Positions 17,474 through 25,984 of a stretch of 29,656 nucleotides of DNA are shown here, one piece after another. This DNA is from a virus (Duplodnaviria > Caudoviricetes). Under the pieces are notes generated by a model that was not told the DNA's origin, did not search any database, and worked only from the letters and a program-made list of their open reading frames with translations. The stretch's first letter is position 1. Every line of letters begins with the position of its first letter. The stretch lies in IMG/VR virus record IMGVR_UViG_3300026825_000021, positions 1 to 29,656 of that record, one strand, 5' to 3'. Both the position numbers and the translations under genes were made by a program.

Positions 17474-18496
17474 TCAGTTGCTGGTGAGAATCTTCACCGC
17501 CAGGCGAGGCCGCTTGTTGACCGGCAGCGGCGAGGCTTCCGTCTTCACGTCGATGGCGCTGCCGTCCTGGCGGGCGATCTGGCGGGCATAGATCGGCAGG
17601 CCAACCGTGTTGACGGTCTCGATCAGGTTCGCGGGCGCCCCGTAGGTGACGAAGGTGTCCATGGTGCCGAGCGGGAAGGCGATGCCTTCGTTCGCCGGGA
17701 TCAGCGTCTCGGTCGCGCCGGTCGAGAGCGTGACGGTGGCGTTGTATTCCTCGAACACGATGCCGGAGAAGGGGAAGCGCCGTCGCGTGTCCTCGCGCAG
17801 CGGCTGCGCGCCGGTCGCGGAGAAGTACTTGTAGGCGTCCTCGACCTTGGCATGGCCGATCAGCTTGTCGAAGAAGCCGGGGCTGACCAGGGCCAGTACC
17901 CCGGTCATGGTCTCGCCCTTGAGCTCGGTCTCGATGTCGCGCAGCACCTCGCGGCACTTGGCCTGCACATTCGTGCCGGCCGTGCCGAGCACGAAGTCGA
18001 CCGACTGCTGGGCAAGGCCGAACTCGGCGAAGTAATCGTAGAGTTGAATGCCGGCCCCATCCTTGACCACGCCGCGCAGCGCATTGACCTCCATGTACTC
18101 GCGGGTCTGGGCGTGCTTGGCGCGCATGCGGATGAGCTTGCGTTCCATGATGGTCGCGAGCGGGTCGGCGGCATCGGCGACGCCGAAGCCGCGCACGCCC
18201 TGGATGTCCTGCGGCGTGATCACGTCGTCATGGGGAATCCACGGCACCGTGAACGAGCGCATGGAGCGACTGTCGCGGTTGGCGACGGTGGCGGGCCCGC
18301 CGAGCGGCACGGTGGGGAGCAGGTTCAGCACCCCCTCGGCCTGCTCGATGATGACGCTCCTCTGGGTGATGCCCTCGAAGCGGAACAGGCCGAGCTCGCC
18401 GAGCCGGGTGTAGACGTTGGGCAGGATGTTGATGGCTTGGGTCATCTCGGCGAGCGAGTAGCCGCCCGCGTCGAAGGGATTGATCATCGGGGCCAT
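17474..18496 (-). CDS. Major capsid protein (lambda gpE family)
   Basis: 340 aa. SLAEMTQAINILPN, IPHDDVITPQDIQG, HAQTREY..ALRG, YDYFAEFG, APANLIETVNTVG and PLPVNKRP. AGGAG RBS. Confidence 0.92.
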   Translation of the reverse strand: MAPMINPFDAGGYSLAEMTQAINILPNVYTRLGELGLFRFEGITQRSVIIEQAEGVLNLLPTVPLGGPATVANRDSRSMRSFTVPWIPHDDVITPQDIQGVRGFGVADAADPLATIMERKLIRMRAKHAQTREYMEVNALRGVVKDGAGIQLYDYFAEFGLAQQSVDFVLGTAGTNVQAKCREVLRDIETELKGETMTGVLALVSPGFFDKLIGHAKVEDAYKYFSATGAQPLREDTRRRFPFSGIVFEEYNATVTLSTGATETLIPANEGIAFPLGTMDTFVTYGAPANLIETVNTVGLPIYARQIARQDGSAIDVKTEASPLPVNKRPRLAVKILTSN

Positions 18497-18511
18497 ATGG
18501 TCGGGTCTCCT

Positions 18512-18556
18512 AAAAAGGGGACCGGGCCCCGATGGATGTCCATCGAAGCCAAGTCC
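18512..18556 (-). terminator. Long hairpin with U5 tract abutting the capsid RBS
   Basis: The minus strand reads GGAC-TT-GGC-TT-CGATGGA-CA-TCCATCG-GG-GCC-CG-GTCC-CC-TTTTT-AGGAG, an imperfect stem of about 17 bp. Confidence 0.55.
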
Positions 18557-18601
18557 GGCACAGAGGTGGAGGCAGGGAGGTTCGGGAAGTTCAGGAAGCG
18601 A

Positions 18602-18991
18602 TCAGGCGGTGTCGCGCGGCACGATGCCGGCGGCGGCAAGCTGGGCGTGCTTGGCGGTCTTCTCGGCCGCCTGGTCGACGGACGGATCGAACACGAGCGC
18701 GGCCTTGGACACGATTGCGGGGCCGCGGGCGATGACGAGACCGGCCGCATCGGCGGCGGTGGCGTCGACCGCCTCGATCAGAACCGCGACGGCGGTCTCT
18801 GCGCCCTCGTCGCCCGTGACCTGGGATGCAGGTGAAAGGCGATACTTACCGGAGGCGATGATTTTCCCGAGCACCGAGCCGAGCGCGTAGTTCGTGCCGG
18901 CCTTGAGCGTCACGGTCTCGCGATTGTAGTTGCCGTTGAGCTCGTACTTGAGCAGGTCGCCGAGCGTCGGCGCCATGGTCAGCGTGGGCAT
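18602..18991 (-). CDS. Head decoration protein (lambda gpD family)
   Basis: 129 aa. LGDLLKYE..YNRETVTL..G..LGSVLGKI, GAETAVAVL and ARGPAIV. Lies between protease and capsid. Confidence 0.88.
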   Translation of the reverse strand: MPTLTMAPTLGDLLKYELNGNYNRETVTLKAGTNYALGSVLGKIIASGKYRLSPASQVTGDEGAETAVAVLIEAVDATAADAAGLVIARGPAIVSKAALVFDPSVDQAAEKTAKHAQLAAAGIVPRDTA

Positions 18992-19020
18992 GGTCTTGAA
19001 TCTCCGTCAATTCTCAATGA

Positions 19021-19425
19021 TCAGGCACGAGCCGCCGCGGCGCGCTCGCGTGCACGCCGTACGATCGGGCTATCGCCAGCAGTGGGAACGGAAGGTGCTG
19101 CAGCAATCACGCTCGTTGCCTCGGCCCGCGCGGCGAGCTCCTCGAGCACCGAGCGACGCAGCGCATCGGGGCTCAGGCCCTTTCTCAGGGCGTCGGCGGC
19201 ATCGACCGCAACCCCAAGCCGAGCCGCCTGCGCCGCAATCGCAACAACTTCGGCAAGCTCCGCGCGCAATCGTTCATCATTCGCTTTCGCTTCCGCCACA
19301 CTTAATGCCGGTGCTGCCGGAGGCGCGGCATCCGCTGCAGCCTGTGTTACGGCCGGCGGAGCAGCGGCGGCCGGCTGCGGCTCAAGCGGCTGATCCTGGA
19401 ACTGTTCGGCTTCGTTCGTCGCCAT
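19021..19425 (-). CDS. Nested in-frame scaffold protein (Nu3-like)
   Basis: Internal AAGAGGAG-CCTCTCC-ATG (ATG at 19425) right after the protease domain, giving a 134-aa product beginning MATNEAEQ. Confidence 0.7.
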   Translation of the reverse strand: MATNEAEQFQDQPLEPQPAAAAPPAVTQAAADAAPPAAPALSVAEAKANDERLRAELAEVVAIAAQAARLGVAVDAADALRKGLSPDALRRSVLEELAARAEATSVIAAAPSVPTAGDSPIVRRARERAAAARA

Positions 19426-20307
19426 GGAGAGGCTCCTCTTGAGTGTTGGGTTGATGAGGGCGCGGGAGGGTGCCGCGCGATCGAGTTCGGCCGCCATCTC
19501 AGCGATGGCGAGATTGAGCGTGCCGAGCCGGTCGGCGAGGCCGGCGCGGATCGCGAGTTCGCCGCGATAGATCGCGGCGTTCGTGCCGCGCACGGTTTCG
19601 GGGCTCAGGCCTCGATTCGTGGCAACCAGCGCGCAGAATTCGGTGTAGAGGCGATCGACGTCGGCCTGGATCGTCGTGCGGGCGCGTTCCGAGAGCGGCT
19701 CATGCGCATTGGCGTCGACCTTGCGGTCGCCCGCGAAAATGAAGGTCCAGGCAAGCCCTGCCTTGGCGTCCGCCCCGCTCTCATCAACGTGGACTGCGAC
19801 CACGCCGATCGAGCCGACCTCGCCGGTGCGCGTGACATAGAGCCGATCGGCCGCGCTCGCGATCGCATAGGCCGCCGACAGCGCGCTCTCGTTGGCGACG
19901 GCCCACAGCGGCTTGTCGCTCGCCGTGCGCATGGCGCGGATCCGATCGACGAGATCGAACAGCCCCCCGACCTCACCGCCGGCAGAGTCCACATCAAGGA
20001 TGACGCCGCGGACGGTTGGGTCCGACATCGCACCGGCAATGGCGTCGCCGATGTCGCCATAGGATACAAGCCCGCTCGTGGCATCGAGATAGGCCGAGCG
20101 GCTCACCAGCGTGCCGATAACCGACACGACCGCGATCTTCTCGGCGGTGACCGAGCTGAGCGGCCGCGGGTCGGTTCCCGGTTCGAGCGGCTCCAAGGTG
20201 CCGCCCGCGAGCCGCGGCCCCAGCACGCCGAGGATCACTTCGAGCTTGGCGCGCGCGATCAAGAGCGGCGTGCCGAACACCCGGGACGCGATGTGTGGCA
20301 GGTTCAT
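19021..20307 (-). CDS. S49 family prohead protease (lambda gpC-like) with C-terminal scaffold
   Basis: ILDVDSAGGEV, ALSAAYAIASAA, GEVGSIGV and GLADRLGT, followed by a Pro/Ala-rich helical tail. Confidence 0.92.
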   Translation of the reverse strand: MNLPHIASRVFGTPLLIARAKLEVILGVLGPRLAGGTLEPLEPGTDPRPLSSVTAEKIAVVSVIGTLVSRSAYLDATSGLVSYGDIGDAIAGAMSDPTVRGVILDVDSAGGEVGGLFDLVDRIRAMRTASDKPLWAVANESALSAAYAIASAADRLYVTRTGEVGSIGVVAVHVDESGADAKAGLAWTFIFAGDRKVDANAHEPLSERARTTIQADVDRLYTEFCALVATNRGLSPETVRGTNAAIYRGELAIRAGLADRLGTLNLAIAEMAAELDRAAPSRALINPTLKRSLSMATNEAEQFQDQPLEPQPAAAAPPAVTQAAADAAPPAAPALSVAEAKANDERLRAELAEVVAIAAQAARLGVAVDAADALRKGLSPDALRRSVLEELAARAEATSVIAAAPSVPTAGDSPIVRRARERAAAARA

Positions 20308-20343
20308 GATGGCTTGCGGGGCTTAAAAAAGAATACTTATGTC

Positions 20344-20372
20344 TTGCGTTAGCTAACGCGGTCCGTTAGTAT
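20344..20372 (+). promoter_or_regulatory. higBA promoter with overlapping palindromic operators
   Basis: TTGCGT (20344-49)-17 nt-TAGTAT (20367-72) with an A-rich tract upstream. Perfect palindrome GCGTTAGCTAACGC (20346-59) and inverted repeat CTAACG-N5-CGTTAG (20353-69). Confidence 0.7.
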
Positions 20373-20380
20373 AGCCGTCG

Positions 20381-20662
20381 ATGATCAAATCGTTCCGGAA
20401 CGCTGCAGCCGAGGCGGCCTGGGAGCGCCGTTTCGTCAAGGGCGTTCCGAACGACATTATGAAGTCGGCGAACCGGAAGCTGATGCAGATTCACAACGCC
20501 CGCAGCCTCGACGATTTGCGCGCCCCACCCGGGAATCGGCTGGAGCGCCTCGCCGGCGACCGCAAAGGGCAATACAGCATTCGGATCAACGACCAGTGGC
20601 GTATCTGCTTTCGCTGGCATGGCGGCGACGCCTACGACGTCGAGATCGTCGACTACCATTGA
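20381..20662 (+). CDS. higB: HigB toxin (RelE/ParE superfamily)
   Basis: MIKSF..RKL..DLRAPPGNRLERLAGDRKGQYSIRINDQWRICFRW..DVEIVDYH. Confidence 0.96.
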   Translation: MIKSFRNAAAEAAWERRFVKGVPNDIMKSANRKLMQIHNARSLDDLRAPPGNRLERLAGDRKGQYSIRINDQWRICFRWHGGDAYDVEIVDYH

Positions 20663-20675
20663 GGAGATTTGAACG

Positions 20676-20969
20676 ATGGCGGACTTTCCTCCAGCTCATC
20701 CCGGCGAAGTTCTGCGCGAGGACTTTCTGAAGCCGCTTGGTCTTTCGCAGTATGCGCTCGCCAAGGCCGTCGGCGTACCGCAGATCCGCATCAGCGAGAT
20801 CGTCAACGGCAAGCGCGCGATCACGCCGGATACGGCGCTGCGGCTTGCCCGCTACTTCGGAACCAGCGCTGAATTCTGGATCGGCATGCAGGCCACCTAC
20901 GACCTGGAAATTGCCCGCGATCGGATCGGCAAGAAGATCAAAGCGCGGGTGCATCCGCGGGCGGCTTAG
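20676..20969 (+). CDS. higA: HigA antitoxin (HTH)
   Basis: HPGEVLREDFLKPLGLSQYALAKA..RISEIVNGKRAITPDTALRLARYFGTSAEFWIGMQATYDL. GAGGAG RBS; toxin-first gene order. Confidence 0.96.
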   Translation: MADFPPAHPGEVLREDFLKPLGLSQYALAKAVGVPQIRISEIVNGKRAITPDTALRLARYFGTSAEFWIGMQATYDLEIARDRIGKKIKARVHPRAA

Positions 20970-21005
20970 CGGGCACGGTGCTTTTGCGTCATTGATGTCA
21001 GCATC

Positions 21006-22457
21006 TTACGCCGCTTGTGATTGGTCTGTTTGCCCGTCGATTGCTGGGACCGCCTGCGAACTGAATGTCAGGCCGAGCGATTTCTCGCGAGCCTTGTCCG
21101 CTGCGATCTCGGCATCGACCTGCTCGGCGTCGTAGCCGCGCTCCGCGAGCGCCTGCGTGCGGCTCTTGAGGCCCGCTTCGATCTGCTCGATCTCGGCGCG
21201 GGCATCTTTCAAGGGATCGACCCAGTCCCACTTCGGCGGCAGCCAGGTGCAGCCGAGATACTCGCGCCGGCGTTCCTCATAGTCCGGCAGAGCGAGCACA
21301 CCAGAGAGCACTGCGGTGTCCATCCAGCGCGCCCAGACCTGCCGGCAGAGCTGCCAGACGATCACGGCATGCTGGTAGGCCTCGATGCGGCGGCGGAACT
21401 CGAGCAGCGCCAGGCGCGAGTTCGAATAGTTCGCCTTGAGCATGTCGTTCGAGAGATACGCATAGGGCACGCCGAGCGCGGCCGACACCTGCAAGAGCGT
21501 GCGGTACTGGAACGGCTCATAGGTCTGGCCCGATTCCGCGGGCGAAGAGGTCTGCACTTCCTCGCCCAGCTCCAGGGTGACGATCGTGCCGGGCTGCAGG
21601 TCGAGCGTGCGCTCGTCGTTCTCATCGCGCCCCTCGGCGGCATCGAGCGGCTCGGCCGGCGCCGGCGTCGTGATGAACAGCGCGTGCATCGCCGCGACCT
21701 TCTTGCGGTCGAGCTCGGCGTCGTCGTACTGGTCGAGCAGGAACAGCTTCACGATGGCGGGGGCGAAACGGGAGACGCCGCGGAGCTGCCCCGCATCCAC
21801 GGGATCGATCACGTGGATGATCTCGGCGGCGGGGATGCGGACGGTCTCGCCGGAAAGGCCAGGGTCCGTGATGTCGCTCGGGTGCCGGCGCAGGAAGTGA
21901 TAGGCCACACGGCGCCCGATGCGATCGAACTCGATGCCCTGCCGGATGACATTGCCGTTCCGCGCGACCTCGGTGCGACGGAGCGGCAGCATCTCGGAGG
22001 GGAGCATTTGCAGTTGCAGGGGCACCGTGAGCCCGTCCTGCGGCCGGCGCGGGCGAAACCGAAAGAACACCTCGCCGGCGATGAACACTTCGCGCGCGGC
22101 CCGCCGCTGCAGCCCGTAGAAATCGGTGAAGCCTTCGGCATCCGCCTCGTCGGTCCAATCGAGCCAGAGCTTCTGCGCGCGCGCCTTCAATTGCGGGTCG
22201 GCGATCAGCGAGGACGGCTTGATGCCGGCGCCCACCACATTGCCGGCCCAGCTCTCGATGGCGTTGGCCGCATAGCCGTTGTTGCGCACGAGCCAGCGGG
22301 CGCGTGCGGTAATGTCGGGCCCGGCCGCCGCAATCAGAGTGTTGAGGTGGGCGCGGCTGGGCTGGAACCCCTTGAGGCGCCGGTTCGCGAGCCCCGCCTC
22401 GAAACCGCCGATGAAGGCGCCGACCCGCCGCCGGAACGCTGTCAGGGAGGCCAGCAC
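21006..22457 (-). CDS. Portal protein, lambda family
   Basis: ARARWLVRNNGYA, NVVGAGIKP, GIEFDRIGRRVAYH, GQLRGVS, ANYSNSRLALLE and WDWVDPLKD. GTG start. Confidence 0.95.
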   Translation of the reverse strand: MLASLTAFRRRVGAFIGGFEAGLANRRLKGFQPSRAHLNTLIAAAGPDITARARWLVRNNGYAANAIESWAGNVVGAGIKPSSLIADPQLKARAQKLWLDWTDEADAEGFTDFYGLQRRAAREVFIAGEVFFRFRPRRPQDGLTVPLQLQMLPSEMLPLRRTEVARNGNVIRQGIEFDRIGRRVAYHFLRRHPSDITDPGLSGETVRIPAAEIIHVIDPVDAGQLRGVSRFAPAIVKLFLLDQYDDAELDRKKVAAMHALFITTPAPAEPLDAAEGRDENDERTLDLQPGTIVTLELGEEVQTSSPAESGQTYEPFQYRTLLQVSAALGVPYAYLSNDMLKANYSNSRLALLEFRRRIEAYQHAVIVWQLCRQVWARWMDTAVLSGVLALPDYEERRREYLGCTWLPPKWDWVDPLKDARAEIEQIEAGLKSRTQALAERGYDAEQVDAEIAADKAREKSLGLTFSSQAVPAIDGQTDQSQAA

Positions 22458-22670
22458 TCAAAGACCCTTCGAGGCCGAGGTGAGGATGCGACGCCTGCGG
22501 CCACCCTCCTGAACCGCAGCAATCCGACGCTCCAAATCTGCAATCGCGGCCGCCATCTCAGCGTCGCTCGCGTAGGTGACCCGGCGGCCTTCGATCTCGA
22601 CCGTGCGCACGCCGCGAAAGCGCGCGGCCAGCAGCGCCTCGTGCTGCGCGATCAGCTCTTCGACGGTCAT
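22458..22670 (-). CDS. Head-tail joining protein (gpW-like)
   Basis: 70 aa between TerL and portal. GVRTVEIEGRRVTY.S..EM..AIADLE. Confidence 0.85.
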   Translation of the reverse strand: MTVEELIAQHEALLAARFRGVRTVEIEGRRVTYASDAEMAAAIADLERRIAAVQEGGRRRRILTSASKGL

Positions 22671-22680
22671 GGGCGATCAA

Positions 22681-24648
22681 CTACAGATAGCTCGATCGGA
22701 ACACGCGCCGGCCACGGCGCAAGGGGGAGCGCCGCACCACCCCGGCGAGTGGCTGCGCGTCCGATGCATCATCCGTCAAGTGCGATGGCTCGTCGTCATT
22801 TGTCGGCATGCCGATCTGCCGTTCGAGATCGCGCCACATCGCCTCCGTCCACCGGTCGGCACCGGCGATCCAGGCGGCGGCGCGCGCATAGACACGGCAG
22901 TCGAGTGCCTCGTTGCGCTCGCGCAGCTTCTGCCACTCGAGCCGGGTGAAGCCCCGTTTGGTCTTGACCGTGACCAATTGCTCGGCGACGAGCTGCTTGA
23001 CCCATTCGGCGTCAACGCCACGCGGCAGATGCACGTAGCCTGCGGGGAATTTCGCCCCCGCGGCGAGTTCCTCGTCGGTCGGTGCCGCAAGGCGCAGGAA
23101 GCGGTAGGTCTCGCTCTTGAAGGTCGCAACCGCAATCGTCCACAGCCGCGCGCCGCGGCGCAGCTTCTTGCCGCCCTCGGTCACGTCGACATGGGTGGGG
23201 CCGATCACCGGCGCCGCTCGGTTGAATCCTTCGACGCCCTTGATCGGCGCGACCTGGGCGTGACCGATCTGGCGCGCCCAGGCATAGACCGCAGGCGCCT
23301 CGTAGCCGGTGTCGATCGCAAGCTTTGCGATGCCAAGGCGCAAGCCTTGCGCATGCGGCCATGTGCGCCCAAGCAGCGCCGAGAGCTTGGCCCACGTTTC
23401 GTCGCGCTCTGGGCCTCCGTCGAGCACGACATGATCGACGAGCCAGCTTTCGAGGCCGCGGCCCCAGGCCCAGATCGAGACCTCGATGCGGTCCTTCTGC
23501 ACGTCGGCGCCGGCGGTGAGAAACAGGCCGCCGCGCGGCACGGTACCGATCGGCCAGGTCTCGCGCCGCTCGTAGAGCCGCTGCCAGTCCGGCGCCTCGC
23601 CGGTCTCGACCCAGGTCTCTCCCAGCACGCTGTTCTTGAAGCTGCGCTTGGCCTCGTCGGTGGTCGCGGCCTCCCAGAGCCGGGCGATGTTCTCCCAAGA
23701 GAACCATCCGACCGGCGAATAGAGCGCCGAGATGTGGAACCCGATCGTGCCGGGGTCCTGGGCTTGCGCGGTCGGGCGCCACTCGCCGGCCGCGAGCACC
23801 GCCGTCTTGCGGTGCTCCTCGATCCGGCCGTCGCAGGTCTCACACGTATAATGTGCGGTCTCGGGCTTGCCTTTCTCCCAGCGCAGCCGCTCGAACTTGA
23901 GCCACTGCATCGCTCCGCAGTGCGGGCACGGGACGAAGTAGCGCCGCTGGTCCGACGTCTCGTACTCCCGCTCGATCCGCGACAGCCCGTGGATCGTGGG
24001 CGTCGAGCCGATGAGCACCTTGGAGCGCCACGAGAACGTGCGCGTGCGAGCTTCGGCCAACGCAACAGGATCTCCTTCCTCGTCGGCAGACGGCGGATAG
24101 GCGTCGACCTCGTCGAGGAACAGATACCGCGCCGGCATCGAGCGCAGACCCACGGCACTGTTCGCGCCGGTGATGACGAGGAGCCCGGCCGGGAACTCCT
24201 TCGACAGGACCGTATTGCCGGCGTCGCGCGAGCGGGCGGGCTTCACCCGCTCGCGCAAGGACGGGCTCTCGGCGATCAGCGGATCGATGCGCTGACGCGA
24301 GAAGCGCTTGGCGAGCTCCACCGTCGGCTGGACCGCGAGTATCGGCCCCGGCGCATGATGGATGACGTAGCCGATCCAGTTGTTGCCGGCCTCGGTGAAG
24401 CCGACCTGAGCCGACTTCATCACCACGACCCGCCTTGCAGGGTGGGCCGGCGACAGCGCATCCATGATCGCCCGCATGTACGGCGTGCGGTCGGTGCGGT
24501 AGCGCCCGGGCTCGGCCGAGGCGCGCGGGCTCAAAATTCGGTGCCGGTCGGCCCATTGCGAGACAGTGAGCGCCGGGTCGGGGGCAAGCCCCGCGCCCCA
24601 GGTTTGTGCAAGCTCGTCGGCGCCATCGAAGACGAAAAGATCATCCAA
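22681..24648 (-). CDS. terL: Terminase large subunit (lambda gpA family)
   Basis: Walker A VMKSAQVGFTE, Walker B YLFLDEVD, STPT, VPCPHC, LTAGADVQKDRIE, AIDTG and RNEALDCRVYA. TTG start with an in-frame TAG two codons upstream. Confidence 0.96.
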   Translation of the reverse strand: MDDLFVFDGADELAQTWGAGLAPDPALTVSQWADRHRILSPRASAEPGRYRTDRTPYMRAIMDALSPAHPARRVVVMKSAQVGFTEAGNNWIGYVIHHAPGPILAVQPTVELAKRFSRQRIDPLIAESPSLRERVKPARSRDAGNTVLSKEFPAGLLVITGANSAVGLRSMPARYLFLDEVDAYPPSADEEGDPVALAEARTRTFSWRSKVLIGSTPTIHGLSRIEREYETSDQRRYFVPCPHCGAMQWLKFERLRWEKGKPETAHYTCETCDGRIEEHRKTAVLAAGEWRPTAQAQDPGTIGFHISALYSPVGWFSWENIARLWEAATTDEAKRSFKNSVLGETWVETGEAPDWQRLYERRETWPIGTVPRGGLFLTAGADVQKDRIEVSIWAWGRGLESWLVDHVVLDGGPERDETWAKLSALLGRTWPHAQGLRLGIAKLAIDTGYEAPAVYAWARQIGHAQVAPIKGVEGFNRAAPVIGPTHVDVTEGGKKLRRGARLWTIAVATFKSETYRFLRLAAPTDEELAAGAKFPAGYVHLPRGVDAEWVKQLVAEQLVTVKTKRGFTRLEWQKLRERNEALDCRVYARAAAWIAGADRWTEAMWRDLERQIGMPTNDDEPSHLTDDASDAQPLAGVVRRSPLRRGRRVFRSSYL

Positions 24649-24715
24649 GAGCTATCTGTCGGAAATCCGGAATTCGGTCGACCCGTTGCGCCAATGTGTC
24701 GATGCCGTCGACACG

Positions 24716-25273
24716 CTACCGAAAGGCCGGCGTGATCTCGGCGAGCTCGGCGAGATGCGCGCGGACATGGGCCTCGAGCGCCTTCTGCATCGCATGCGCC
24801 TCGACGCCGAGCTCGGCCGCCATCAGGGCCGCAACCCGCGCCGGCCAGTTCGCCCAAGCATCACGCTCCTCGCGCGCAAGGCGAAAGACGAGCGCGGTGG
24901 CGCGGGCCCGGTCGATGAGCTCCCCCTTGCGTTCCTGCAGCTTGAGGCGCGCCAGATGCGCCTTGGCGATCTCGTGCGCGGTCCGCGCCTGGACGAAGGT
25001 GACGTTGCCGCCCGCAGGCAGCCCCTGCTCCTTGAGCGTCTCGCGCACCGAGCCGACCGCGGCCTCCGCTACCGGTTTGAGCCGCGATGGCTTGCCAGCC
25101 TGTTGGCGCTGCTTGCTCGGGTCCGTCGTAGCAGCGCGCCGAATGTCGGAAGCCCGGGCGTTGATCGAGCCGTCGGGGAACAGCACCAGCCGCCCGGCAG
25201 TGCGCGCCTTCTGCACGGCGCCGCGCGAGATGCCGGCATGGGCCGCATACTGGCGCTCGCTCATTCCCTGCAT
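24716..25273 (-). CDS. terS: Terminase small subunit (Nu1-like)
   Basis: N-terminal HTH (MSERQYAAHAGISRGAVQKA) and coiled coil KLQERKGELIDR. Directly upstream of terL. Start moved to ATG 25273. Confidence 0.85.
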   Translation of the reverse strand: MQGMSERQYAAHAGISRGAVQKARTAGRLVLFPDGSINARASDIRRAATTDPSKQRQQAGKPSRLKPVAEAAVGSVRETLKEQGLPAGGNVTFVQARTAHEIAKAHLARLKLQERKGELIDRARATALVFRLAREERDAWANWPARVAALMAAELGVEAHAMQKALEAHVRAHLAELAEITPAFR

Positions 25274-25299
25274 GATGGCCCTCACCGGACCAGCCACGC

Positions 25300-25334
25300 G
25301 CAAGGCCGCCGACCTTGGCTCGCCGGCGGCTTGC
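25300..25334 (-). terminator. GC-rich hairpin between the DUF3489 gene and terS
   Basis: Minus strand GCAA-GCCGCCGGC-(8 nt)-GTCGGCGGC-C-TTGC, with only a weak U tract. Confidence 0.4.
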
Positions 25335-25366
25335 TTCGATCCGGGCCATGAGAGGCTGGACTTGGC

Positions 25367-25984
25367 TCATTCGATGATGCGGTAGACCCGTCCGCGGACG
25401 TCATCGTTTTCGGATGCGACGCTGAGGCCCAGCTTCTTCTTGAGCGCGCCCGCGATCGCCCCGCGCACCGTGTGCGGCTGCCACGCCAAGGCCGTGGCGA
25501 TCTCCTCGATGGTCGCCCCCTCGGGGCGTTCGAGCATCGCGATCAGCCTGGCCTGCTTGGTGTCGGTGCGGGTTTTTCCTTCGATCTCCGCACGCCGGCG
25601 GGGCCGTTGTCCGCGATCCGTCTCGGCGACAGGCTGCGGTTCGCGGGAGGGGTCGGGAACGAGCCGGGCGTTGATCCCCTCGGCCTCCGCCGTGTCACGC
25701 TCCTTCTCGGCCTCGCCAGCCGCGGCCTCGGTCGGATCGATGCCGAGCGCCTTGAAGGCCGCCGGCGTTGCGCGCAGCGTCAGCTGGCCACGCTTCTTGT
25801 CCTCGCGCCAGACCGTATCCTCGCGCTTGGCCTGGACCTCCTTGATCAATTCCTGCTTGAGCAGCGCGCCCAGCACCTTGGCGGCGGCGCCGCCGGGAAG
25901 CCCGGCAGGGAGCGGATAGACCGAGCGGTCCGACCGCTGGCAGGCGGCCGAGAGCACGACGAGCTGGGTATCAGAGAGCGCCAT
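25367..25984 (-). CDS. DUF3489 domain protein (winged-helix-like)
   Basis: LSDTQLVVLSAACQR..GGAAAKV..LL and TKQARLIAMLERPEGATIEEI..WQPHTVRGAIAGALKKKLGL. AAGGAG RBS before ATG 25984. Confidence 0.88.
   Translation of the reverse strand: MALSDTQLVVLSAACQRSDRSVYPLPAGLPGGAAAKVLGALLKQELIKEVQAKREDTVWREDKKRGQLTLRATPAAFKALGIDPTEAAAGEAEKERDTAEAEGINARLVPDPSREPQPVAETDRGQRPRRRAEIEGKTRTDTKQARLIAMLERPEGATIEEIATALAWQPHTVRGAIAGALKKKLGLSVASENDDVRGRVYRIIE

Noticed and set aside
16518-17957. 479-aa ORF suggesting a long fusion protein
   Set aside because: The N-terminal 268 aa is an alternative frame over the capsid and head-closure genes. The real protein starts at 17150.
20366-20954. Minus-strand ORFs 20366-20659 and 20586-20954, co-oriented with the phage operon
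   Set aside because: They are antisense mirrors of higB/higA, which carry unmistakable motifs and a promoter.
24696-24714. 7-bp hairpin GTGTCGA-N5-TCGACAC between terS and terL as a cos site or terminator
   Set aside because: No U tract, and nothing identifies it as cos. Short stems are common at this GC content.
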